Positions 51,706 through 63,202 of a stretch of DNA of 64,000 bases are shown one piece after another. This DNA comes from Laetmonice hystrix. Its lineage: Eukaryota. Under the pieces are notes generated by a model, which made no database searches, was not told the origin of the DNA, and worked only from the letters and a program-made list of their open reading frames with translations. Location: contig OZ249436.1 of the NCBI GenBank assembly GCA_965235115.1, positions 19,408,001 to 19,472,000 of the forward strand. The letters are read 5' to 3'. The position numbers and the translations under genes were made by a program. The stretch's first letter is position 1, and every line of letters starts with the position of its first letter.

Positions 51706-53498
51706 GGTACTGCACTAACCATCAATGTGGGGGCACTGCACTAACCATCAGTGTGGGGGCACTGCACTAACCATCAGTATGGGGGCACTGCACTAACCAC
51801 CAGTATGGGGGCACTGCACTAACCATCAGTATGGGGGCACTGCACTAACCACCAGTGTGGGGGCACTGAACTAACCATCAGTATGGGGGCACTGCACTAA
51901 CCATCAGTATGGGGGCACTGCACTAACCACCAGTGTGGGGGCACTGCACTAACCATCAGTATGGGGGCACTGCACTAACCATCAGTATGGGGGCACTGCA
52001 CTAACCATCAGTGTGGGGGCACTGCACTAACCATCAGTTTGGGGGAACTGCACTAACCATCAGTGTGGGGGCACTGCACTAACCATCAGTATGGGGGCAC
52101 TGCACTAACCATCAGTATGGGGGCACTGCACTAACCATCAGTATGGGGGCACTGCACTAACCACCAGTATGGGGGCACTGCACTAACCATCAGTATGGGG
52201 GCACTGCACTAACCATCAGTATGGGGGCACTGCACTAACCATCAGTATGGGGGCACTGCACTAACCACCAGTGTGGGGGCACTGCACTAACCATCAGTAT
52301 GGGGGCACTGCACTAACCATCAGTATGGGGGCACTGCACTAACCATCAGTGTGGGGGCACTGCACTAACCATCAGTTTGGGGGAACTGCACTAACCATCA
52401 GTGTGGGGGCACTGCACTAACCATCAGTATGGGGGCACTGCACTAACCATCAGTATGGGGGCACTGCACTAACCATCAGTATGGGGGCACTGCACTAACC
52501 ACCAGTATGGGGGCACTGCACTAACCATCAGTATGGGGGCACTGCACTAACCATCAGTATGGGGGCACTGCACTAACCATCAGTATGGGGGCACTGCACT
52601 AACCACCAGTATGGGGGCACTGCACTAACCACCAGTATGGGGGCACTGCACTAACCACCAGTATGGGGGCACTGCACTAACCATCAGTATGGGGGCACTG
52701 CACTAACCATCAGTATGGGGGCACTGAACTAACCATCAGTGTGGGGGCACTGCACTAACCATCAGTATGGGGGCACTGCACTAACCATCAGTATGGGGGC
52801 ACTGAACTAACCATCAGTGCGGGGGCACTGCACTAACCACCAGTATGGGGGCACTGCACTAACCATCAGTGTGCGGGCACTGCACTAACCATCAGTCTGG
52901 GGGCACTGCACTAACCATCAGTGTGCGGGCACTGAACTAACCATCAGTGTGGGGGCACTGCACTAACCATCAGTGTGCGGGCACTGCACTAACCATCAGT
53001 GTGCGGGCACTGCACTAACCATCAGTGTGCGAGTACTGCACTAACCATCAGTGTGCGAGTACTGCACTAACCATCAGTGTGCGAGTACTGCACTAACCAT
53101 CAGTGTGCGAGTACTGCACTAACCATCAGTGTGGGGGTACTGCACTAAACATCAGTGTGGGGCTACAGCACTAACCATCAGTGTGGGGGCACTGCACTAA
53201 CCATCAGTGTGGGAGAACTGCACTAACCATTAGTGTGGGGGTACTGCACTCACCATCAGTGTGGCGGCACTGCACTAACCATCAGTGCGGGGGCACTACA
53301 CTAACCATCAGTGTGGGGGAACTGCACTAACCATTAGTGTGGGGGTACTGCACTAACCATCAGTGTGGGGGTACTGCACTAAGTAACCATCAGTGACGTG
53401 TGGGGGTACTGCACTAACCATCAGTGTGGGGGCACTGCACTAACCATCAGTGTGGGGGCACTGCACTAACCATCAGTGTGGGGGCACTGCACTAACCA
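51706..53498. repeat. 26-bp minisatellite (GGGGGCACTGCACTAACCATCAGTAT), ~68 copies, with a 338-bp (13-unit) higher-order duplication
   Basis: Variant CAGTTTGGGGGAACTG recurs at ~52035 and ~52373. Confidence 0.96.
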
Positions 53499-56400
53499 GT
53501 CATAAAGCTGCAGTTTACAATTTACTTTGCACTTTTCTCTTTTTTATTGAAACATGAAATGGATATGATACATTATACCGACATTTTACATTACTCCAAT
53601 ACAGGACATAAAGTCTGAATCTCAGTGGTAGGCTATATCTGTTGGTTAAGTATATGTAATGTAATGAAAAACACTTGGGATTTTTTGTCTACCTGAGCAT
53701 TTCGTTACGCAACACATGGGATTTTTTTCTGTCTACGTGAGCATTGCGTTACAAGGCGTGTGGTCTACAATGGAATAAAAACAAAGACTTGGTTTTTCTA
53801 TGCATCTTTCTCTATCTGAGCATTGCGTTTTATTTCGCAGTACATTGTCTAGTCACTGTTTGAAAGGAAAACGGTACCATTTCCCTACGACCAGCAACTC
53901 GGCGAGGACTTAATACAACAGTACTGTTTGCGTGGCCTGTTCCTCACACAGTTCCTGTTCCACTACAGTGGTGGTCCCCATAAAAATATACACTCATCTA
54001 GGAAGATTGTACATCATCAGTTCTTCACATTTGATATAACAACCTCTATAAACAATTACACGTCATACTTGATCTGTTTAGCTTTGTGTGTGTACATTAT
54101 ATATAATTGTATACATCAGCTGTACATATCTATAGTACCGCTACCACTACATGCTAATCTACGTCACGATGTACCTGTACGTACATAGTACATATAATAT
54201 AGTGTCCTAGAACCCCCGTCCATGCTGGGGACCCGTCCGTAATGAACCTATACCCCCCATCGATCGCATGGACCCGTCCGTAATGCACTTCTAGCCTATC
54301 GATGTGCCACAACAATTTTACAAGTTTGGCCTATGCAATAACAGTAGATATATTTAGGTAAGATTTATTGCATGCCACACGTTCTGGCAGACCAGTCGAT
54401 TGGTGCCTGACATACCTCGACGGCCACAACACAACGTCTTCACAGTCACCTGTATCAGGCAAATAAACAGATAACTCAACAAGTTTGCAACACGTGTGGG
54501 GAGTGGGCAGCAGCAGATAGTTACAACAGCCTACCTCCCCTCTCGTTCGGAATGGTTCAGTCCAGAACGTCCTGCCAATACTCGCCGTCATAAACGCACG
54601 TGGACGCACACAGACTAACGAGATCCCCCATCTGACCCCCGATGTCCACATGATGGACAGGTGCTGACGTTTCTCGACTATAATATATACCACAGACCAG
54701 CGTCGAGAACAGAAACTCTAGTGCAACGTAGCAGGATCTAGCCTGACTGCATATATCACATCGTATAGGGCCTACTTCCCGGTGAATCAGAACTAATTAA
54801 TTATCAAACGTGTAACATTACAATTAACGTAATCTTGGACTGTACAACTTTACAACAAATCAATATTGACACTGACAGGAGTATTTCACTTATAACCTTG
54901 TCAGGAAGGTAGTGATGTGCATTCAAAATCAAAATGGTTTCGTTGTTTCCTAAAACATTGGTAGTTCTATCGTTTCATTATTCAGTGTCATTACATGTCT
55001 GACAATTGTAGATAGATGCCCCCGTTGAAGAAGGTAACAGTTTTCCTTTAGGGCGTAGTTGTACTTTTGTTCCCCTCAAACCCCCTGTTCAGCGTACTAT
55101 CTTCAAGATTTAATTCAAGGTATACAACAGCCTGATGTATATTTTACTGACGATTGAACTCTTGGCGTCTCTAGGTGTAGATTCGATCGTCTCTCCAACA
55201 TTGAGCATGAAGTCATGACACGGTATTTCCGGTCTGCGAATTCTTTCTCCGGTATAAATATATGTTAGAGGCACCTTGGCCGAACATTGCCGCAGGTTCA
55301 CGCTAGAGGTCGCGATCTACCGTTCAAGCGCCGGGCAAACGGCAACAGTAGTTTGCCATTCGGAACTCGTCGGGCATTTCCGACAGGAAACAACATGGCA
55401 GGCCCAGAGGTGCCATGGTTGCGTATGGATACCTGGGTAAAGCTGTACCGAGGCAAACCGTCCCATCCGACCGACTGAAGTTATAGTCCTCCTCTTTGTA
55501 TTGAATTCGTTGTGTATCGTAGGTTCCCGTCTCAGATAATTCAACACCCCTCTCAGACCTACAGGAGAATGTGACAATAACTAAGGAACTTTTACTATCG
55601 AGAATGGCGCTCATCAGAAAGACTTTGAAAACAGTTCACATATCCCCAGTTCCGCGTGAGTTTGAAAACGGAAACACCAAAAAGGTATTACGTCGGAGGT
55701 TAGGCCGACCTCTTATTTACGGAAACAGAGAGAAATGTCCGAAGAGTTGCGAATGTCGTTCTGAATGAGAACGAGGCCCTGAAAGGGCGGGAGATGTCCG
55801 AAGGCAGCAGTGTTGTTGGAGGCGAGACCGGCGTAATCTGATCACAAACTGTACTGACGTCGGCTCGAGTCAGACACAGGGTCCTATAGGGCAAGGGTTT
55901 ACTGTAGTAGGCCAGCATTATTTCATAGTGTAAAATGATTATACCTGTTGGTTTTATAACGTATACTCGAAGGAATAAGTCCGTGGTACTTCCATCACTT
56001 TCTCGGTTTGTGATCTTTCAATTTTGTTAGTAGAAAATAAATCTAGGAGGGAACTGTATCGGTGGAAGTATGTCCGAGTGTCCAAGATGACATGAGAGAC
56101 TGGGTGGTGGAACATGTTCACGGCTGTGAGGTGGGGTACCAAAACATTGAGACTTAGAGACCTTGGCCTCCACTGCCTTCCCACCCTCCCTGCACGCTGT
56201 ATCGTGTGTGGCAGTATTTTAAAGTATGGCACCGCTTCTATTGGCAGATGACCAAGACGGATGATTTAACTGGCAGTTATCTTAAGGCCACTATCACCTG
56301 TTTGTATACATTGTTACCATTATTATTTTATAGGCCACAGATATCGGCAATTATGACGAAACTGTATCAGTTCAAATGGAGAAAAACAAAGTGGTTTCAA

Positions 56401-57085
56401 TGTGAGAAAACCCCAGTAATTCGAGGGTACTACTTACTATTAACAGATACCACGGGTAGTAAATACTGCCCTGTATAATTCCTCCGTTTGATTTTGATTA
56501 GATTTGCTCACTTTGATTCTGTTCACATTGACTCAGTTTGTACTCTCCTGTGTAAAATGTGTCGGTAACGAGCTAGATTCGAAGTCCTAGAAAACAAGTG
56601 GACCGACCGGTGACGACACAATCACACCCTAGAGAAGGTATAATGTGTTACGTGCTACACGTGTGTACATGCATGAAGACATTCATCGTCCCATGCTATC
56701 AACCATTTCGGTTTTCTTTTCATTAATATTTTCGGTGCTGACGAAGGTTAACAGTAACTGGATCTGCAGCCCCTAACATTCACCGACTAATCGTCAACGT
56801 GTATAATCTATAGAATCTAGAGAACAACTGACCTACTCTGGCACTTTCTGTCAATTATATCAGCGAGATGACGTCATAGAAAACAACCACTGTCCACCCG
56901 ACTCCAATATTAATAATAACATCAACATTATCGCCATCACCACCATCATCGTCATCATCCCACATCATTATTACCACTTCTATCTTCTGAGATCATCACT
57001 TGTGACCTTGAACCATGCAGAGGTCATTCCATGACCTCCTAACGGATCCCTTTACCTTCTAGATTCTGAACAACAAGGAGACTGC

Positions 57086-57490
57086 TCTATACCCTCTCAA
57101 TGACAGACACATGTCTATGCCCTCTCAATGACAGAAACATGTCTAAACCCTCTCAATGACAGAAACATGTCTATACCCTCTCAAGGACAGAAACATAAAT
57201 ACCCTCTCAATAACAGAAACATGTCTATACCCTCTCAATGACAGAAACATGTCTATACCTCTCAAGGACAGAGGTAGCTCTATACCCTGTCAATGACAGA
57301 CACATGTCTATGCCCTCTCAATGACAGAAACATGTCTATACCCTCTCAAGGACAGAAACATGTCCATACCCTCTCAAGAACAGAAACATGTGTATACCCT
57401 CTCAATGACAGAAAGATGTCTATACCCTCTCAAGTACAGAAACATGTCTATACCCTCTCAAGGACAGAAACATTATCTAGACCCTCTCAA
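57086..57490. repeat. 28-bp minisatellite (ATACCCTCTCAATGACAGAAACATGTCT), ~14 copies
   Basis: Direct reading. Confidence 0.92.
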
Positions 57491-58441
57491 AGCCGTCGAT
57501 TTCATTCCAACAGAACATTCCTCATGGACAGTATCAACCACTGAAGCTATCACAACCTAATAACCAGGCCATGGTAGCTGCCTACAATTTATACGATACT
57601 CTAAACGTGCTGACATTTATTATTACATGAAGTGACTCCAACCTTTGGAAATAAATATGATCTTCTTGTAGCTTATTATAGACACCGGTTGAGTGAGCGA
57701 AATCTAGAGTCTAGTTCTCGGAACCTAGTCCCTATATCCTAATCCCACATTGGACATAAAATGCTGAGGTTGAGTAGACGTCGAGTATAGGAGGGGCGGT
57801 GCCCCTCATTCTGTCATTCATTTAATTACATGTATGTACATAATGCACGATATATTGATACACCCGTCCATGATTCGTAGTTAGGGTCCGACAGGAGAAC
57901 TCTTCATTGACATCAACGACGACAGAATTAAACCAAGACGTCTTTTCTCTTTTTAAAGATAGTATGATGCTTTCACTTTGTAAAACAGGTAGGCCCTACC
58001 CATGACCGGTATCAGCAGAGTTAACTTAAAAGTAAGTACTCCAGTCTCTGCCGTCGTCCGTATAAGTACAGAAAACTGGGGCTGGTATCTGGCGCCCCCT
58101 GGCGGGGTATTTGTTAACCTGGTGCAGAGACTGAAGGTCATTTGATGGTGATTATTTGGTCTGTCTGGACTAAACCCATGATAACTGTGTGAATATTGGC
58201 GTCGTCATGACTGGGCCTTGATGGACCCTGATGTAGGATGGCCGGTGGTGCCCCCTAGGGGGCCAGGCCACAGTCTACCTACCAGTAGGGATAAAGTATG
58301 GTTGTTTGCGGTATCCACTGCCTGTACGTGCACCTTAGTAGGGCAAGGTGAAGTTTATACACTCGCATTCTCTCAGGTATGCATAGATACACTAAATACC
58401 TAAACAAGTACACAATGCTAACAGCTCTTAGACCTCCCAAA

Positions 58442-58785
58442 GCCTGGCCCCCACCGCCACAGTGGGGTCGAGGGGGCCTGGCCCCCACCCCCCACAGTGG
58501 GGTCGAGGGGGCCTGGCCCCCACCCCCACAGTGGGGTCGAGGGGGCCTGGCCCCCACCCCCCACAGTGGGGTCGAGGGGGCCTGGCCCCCACCCCCCACA
58601 GTGGGGTCGAGGGGGCCTGGCCCCCACCCCCACAGTGGGGTCGAGGGGGCCCCCACCCCCCACAGTGGGGTCGAGGGGGCCTGGCCCCCACCGCCCACAG
58701 TGGGGTCGAGGGGGGCTGGCCCCCACCCCCACAGTGGGGTCTAGGGGTCTGACCCACCCCCCATCAGTGGGGCCATGGGGGCTGG
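58442..58785. repeat. ~34-35-bp GC-rich self-complementary minisatellite (GGCCCCCACCCCCCACAGTGGGGTCGAGGGGGCCT)
   Basis: Direct reading. Confidence 0.92.
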
Positions 58786-59873
58786 CATAATTCGTATTGC
58801 CTCGCGATATTGCTCATGGAAAAACCTGATCCGAATTTCTGTGAGACCTCAGTAAGGCCCAAAATAAATACTTTACCACCATTGCATGAATACTATAACC
58901 GTTCACATCAGCCGAACTCCACATCACCGCGGCTCCTTATGTCACAACCATAATATACATCATCATAATCTACGATTTGAGCCTGTCGATTGCGTGCTGT
59001 CAATAACTCTAGAATCTTTCATTTTTTCCGGCCCATAATACACTACGTGACTTGGGGATAATTATAGTCCGACTCTCGGTAAATAGTCTCATCTAAATCA
59101 TCTCACCTACTGGAAGCTGTGAGTCTAGCTGAAATCACTTCTCCTAAGGTTCTCTTTATAACACATTTACCATTACACATGCAAGTAAAAAAAGCCACTA
59201 AACTTCTCCTATACAGATTTCATTATTGATCATATCGTATCGAAGTATCACTAGGTCTAATTTCACATGAGCGTCTCTAAGAGATTCTGGTGTCCTCTCA
59301 GTTCTATACCTCCTCCTCAGTATGTAATGATGACGCCCTTTCCGACTAACACTTCAACCCGTTCAAACGTCAGCCAGGACTTCCGATTTTTACACCATTT
59401 GTACCTAATACCATGTTTCCCAGTAGATGGCGCAACTGTTGAATTTTGACCCTTTTATGAAGAGTGCAGCAAATTATGTTCACGATATCATGCATAACCA
59501 GGCAAGTTCACCGATGTTTAAATGAATGCCAATCTGACCCGGGATCTGTGAACGCACCACCTAAGTGTGTTTCCATGGTAACTGAGACGAGATTTACAGT
59601 TGGTTCGTGGTATAGTCTGTTCGTGGTAGGCTAAGTAACCTGGCCCTCTCAGCAACGTCATAATTCTGTGTAGAACTCAAACCATCGTGCTTGTATCATT
59701 ATGATCCTACCTTTGATACGACTCCTGTGTAGTCATCTGTGACTGGTTGATATAACCACTGCCTAACCCAATCAAACCGGAACATTGCCTGGTTGCTGAC
59801 GTCCCACCCCCATACCGAGTGTGCCCATCCGTGACGAGCTTAGGGTCCCACAACCACATGGTCACGTAGACCG

Positions 59874-60545
59874 TTACAGGCCAGTGTTGTTGTATTCCGG
59901 AGGTTTGGGGGGAGGTTCCTCCACCACTGGAGATATCTCCAGGGCTTTGTTCTCCTGGCCCTGGCTGGGATCCAACAAGTCATCTTTGGAGAACTTGAGA
60001 GCCGGGTTTATCTGGCCGTTCGACTCGGCCTTCTTGGTGTTCAAAACAGTCATCTCACCCTCCTCACCGTTACCGCTGTGTTCTTTCAGAGCAATCACTT
60101 CGTCCGGTATGTTGACGACACACATGAAAATATCATAGTTCTTGGGGAGCACTCCGTTCTCAAAGATGTATTTGGTGCTGTAGGACGCGATGAGGATCAC
60201 GGAGAAACTGACGAGCATGCAGAGTGTTTTATACGGGAAGGTTTGAATGTCGTTTTCGTAATCGTAGCCGGGGTATTTGATGACTGATGGGAGGAAGATG
60301 AGCGGTTCTCCGCCGAGTAGACGGAAGAATAGGCCGAGAAGGTAGCCGGCCAGCGAGCCGTAAGTGTTGGTATCACGTAAATAGACCACAGATACCAGCT
60401 GAGGGAAGAGGATGACAAAGACAAGGTCGGCACACAGGTACCACAGGCCGTAGATGGTCGTTATGGTGATTCCCATTACCGTCGCTAGGGCACCCACGCC
60501 AAATATACCCACACGCATGACCCAGATTACTTCACGCTCGGAGGC
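59874..60545 (-). CDS. SLC5A7: High-affinity choline transporter, last coding exon ([18 protein letters not shown]...NNTGL*)
   Basis: Contains [37 protein letters not shown] and FPYKTLCML typical of CHT1; acceptor TCTTCCAG|GCC, phase 0. Confidence 0.95.
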   Translation of the reverse strand, partial: ASEREVIWVMRVGIFGVGALATVMGITITTIYGLWYLCADLVFVILFPQLVSVVYLRDTNTYGSLAGYLLGLFFRLLGGEPLIFLPSVIKYPGYDYENDIQTFPYKTLCMLVSFSVILIASYSTKYIFENGVLPKNYDIFMCVVNIPDEVIALKEHSGNGEEGEMTVLNTKKAESNGQINPALKFSKDDLLDPSQGQENKALEISPVVEEPPPKPPEYNNTGL

Positions 60546-61774
60546 CTGGAAGATTGAAACAGAACACGTGCTTATTATACATAGTTTTACTCAAAACAAC
60601 TACTGGCGCCTCTTCTTCTTACTTGGTCCAATTCTTAAGAGCTTAAGATCTTGGCTAATCTTAAGATGGAGCAAGATCCTAAGTTGAAGAACTTAATTGT
60701 TCCTGGAACCCCCTGTTCTGTGGCTTCTATTTTCAGAACAGTCGCTGTTTGTAAAACATGCCTCCATCGCCCTTCATCTCAAAAATAAGCCTTCTTGTCA
60801 AAACTGTTTGGGTTTAGGCCTACTGACACCTCTATATCCAGCAAGATTTCTTAACGGAGAAGACCAGTCAAAAATCACATTTGGACAGCTGCAAGGCCTC
60901 TATATATACTCACCTTTCAGAGTAGTGGTTGGAAATAAATGTCCCCCTATTCCAAGAAGTCATATATTGAACATGACAACCGTGTCAAAATCACTGGCTT
61001 CAGCAGCGCAGCCATTTGTTGCTATTGGGCTGACCGGAAGTGACGTTCCAGGGCTAATCTTTTGCATGCCAGGGCTAGGCTATACTAGGCTAAAGGCAGC
61101 CGAGGCGGGTGGCAAATCGACGGGGGTCAGTCCCACAGTCACAGTCACAGTCACAACTAAACGCAGCAGGTCTGTGCTGACTATGCTGACACTAGCTGCC
61201 ATTGCTCGCGGTCGTAGTCAGAGTGGCGCCGGGCCTCAGGGGCCAGAGCTCCCGTCAACATCCCACGCATGCACGAATCCAAGTGGGACGAATGCAGGCG
61301 GCCGAAACCCACGGCTGCCCAGATCCGTGTCCACCCTGATATGTCCCCTGACATCGGTAGGCTTTTCCTAGCCATTCCTCATCACTATCGATGGTTTTCG
61401 TCTATGTTCTAACAAATTTTGCTTATAAGCTGTCAACGTTCGCTGCCTTCCAAATCGATCAACGCAACAGGTGCGTCAGCTTTCAGTTCCTCCCAAACTG
61501 GAGAGCAGTCGTGCTGCGCATGCTCGCCTAGGGCGAGCATGCGCACTTTGAGATTAGCCCAAGGAATGGCGGCCTTCACCAGCTGAGCAGGTTGTAAGAA
61601 GCCTCCGGCCTATATCTTAACCATCTGAGCACCAATTGTGTTCAAATATTTTTTAACTTGCTTAGAATATCACGGCATGTGTGCCTGGCCTATACAGACT
61701 GGCGATGGTCTTTTCTTTTAACGTTCCCTATGTTTTAAGCGTGTATAAGAAGATCAAAGTTTTCTAATGCTCAC

Positions 61775-61989
61775 TTTTTGTCGGAAGATGAGTTTGTAGA
61801 CGTTGCGAGCGAACATGGAGCTGGCAGAGAGCACGGAGGAGTCAGCTGATGACATGACAGCCGCCGACACGGCTCCCAGTCCGATAAATGACACCCAGTT
61901 CGGACAGAGGTGCTGCATGACCATGGGTAGGATCAACTTCTGGTCTTCTGGAGGAATATCAGGCCGCCCCCACTCTGTCTGATTCCAAT
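61775..61989 (-). CDS. SLC5A7: High-affinity choline transporter internal exon (DWNQT...[36 protein letters not shown])
   Basis: Signature [10 protein letters not shown]; acceptor GTGACAG|, donor AAA|GTGAGC; phases 1-0 fit neighbours. Confidence 0.95.
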
Positions 61990-62240
61990 CTGTCACAACA
62001 CACAACATCCGCAGTTAGTAACAACATGCACACATTTCATTAATCTGGTAGAAATAAACAAATAATTATTAATAAGATATCTCACAGATTCTTAAGTCTT
62101 TTTGGGTTTTTTTCGTTGTTTTTTTTCTGTTTTTTTTTTTTTTTTTTTTTTTTTGGGGGGGGGGGGGGTTGTGGGTGGGGACATGCATGATGAAGGATTT
62201 CTATGTTCATGTTGCCGCTGTGTGGCGCTGTTGTACGTAC

Positions 62241-62370
62241 CTGCGTTCTTAGCGATAGCTCCGATGATTACTGCAGGGATAGCCATCACCACACAGCCGA
62301 AGGCTGCGATATATGAGAGGAGCTGGGCTCTCAGTGCCGACTTGGACGACAACACACGCTGGAAGTATAC
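62241..62370 (-). CDS. SLC5A7: High-affinity choline transporter internal exon ([11 protein letters not shown]...IGAIAKNA)
   Basis: YFQRVLSS motif; acceptor GTTTCAG|, donor CAG|GTACGT; 130 nt, phase 0-1. Confidence 0.95.
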
Positions 62371-62769
62371 CTGAAACACCACCAGGGGGCAGGCCAATCG
62401 GCATCAGTCACGTCTTTATACAAACAGCGCGGCTTGGGCCTACAGGGGTGTCAGAAAAAGGGGCAGGGCAAGGGGGTATGCCTGCCACAAATATTTGAGG
62501 TGCCCCCAATTAACTAGGTATTTTAAGACACTTTTTAAACCTCTTGAAGTAGGCCCCTAAAACACTTATCTTCAGTCGTACTCTGCTTCATATTTTTGGT
62601 GAATTGTTCTAACAGATTACCCACATTTTCTAATATGGTGGTCCCATAATCTGCTACTGGCTGGTGAGGGATGTGGTGTGGGTGTGGGGTGAGGGGGTGG
62701 GTGTGAGGTTGAGGGTTGGGGTGAGGGGGTGGGGGTGGGGTGAGGCGGTGAGGGTTGGGGTGAGGGTCT

Positions 62770-63100
62770 GGGGTGGGTGTACTAACCTGCCACGGTATCC
62801 CCCCCAAAGATGAGCAGTAGTGCCGTGTCCAGCCAGGTGTCGGTGTGAGTGACGAGGTTGGGGTGGGGTGTGGGTGTGGGGTGAGGGGATGGGGTGGGGG
62901 TGAGTACTAACCTGCCACGGTATCCCTCCAAAGATGAGCAGTAGTGCCGTGTCCAGCCAGGTGTCGGTGTGAGTGATGAGGTTGGGGTGGGGTGTGGGTG
63001 TGTGTGGGGTGTGGGTGTGGGGTGAGGGGATGGGGTTGGGGTGAGTACTAACCTGCCACGGTATCCCTCCAAAGATGAGCAGTAGTCCCGTGTCCAGCCA
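62770..63100. repeat. Triplicated SLC5A7 exon 3' end plus donor and G-rich intron start (141- and 125-bp spacing)
   Basis: ACTAACCTGCCACGGTATCC..CAAAGATGAGCAGTAGT..CGTGTCCAGCCAG occurs at ~62781, ~62906 and ~63047. Confidence 0.93.
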
Positions 63101-63202
63101 GATGCCCGTGTCGCTTACATTCAGTTCACCGATCCATTCCGTGGCGTTAAACCGGATGTCCTGAACCAAAGGGTTCACCATAGCAAACGGCACGGTCAGC
63201 CA
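63053..63202 (-). CDS. SLC5A7: High-affinity choline transporter internal exon (WLTVPFA...[16 protein letters not shown]); upstream exons lie beyond the window
   Basis: GGIPWQ motif; 150 nt, phase 0-0; acceptor GGATTCAG|, donor CAG|GTTAGT. Both junctions are tandemly duplicated. Confidence 0.92.

Noticed and set aside
61255..61390. Minus-strand peptide DSDEEWLGKAYRCQGTY...QPWVSAACIRPTWIRACVGC as a decayed PHD-like finger
   Set aside because: Key Cys/His ligands are missing; too weak without an HMM search.
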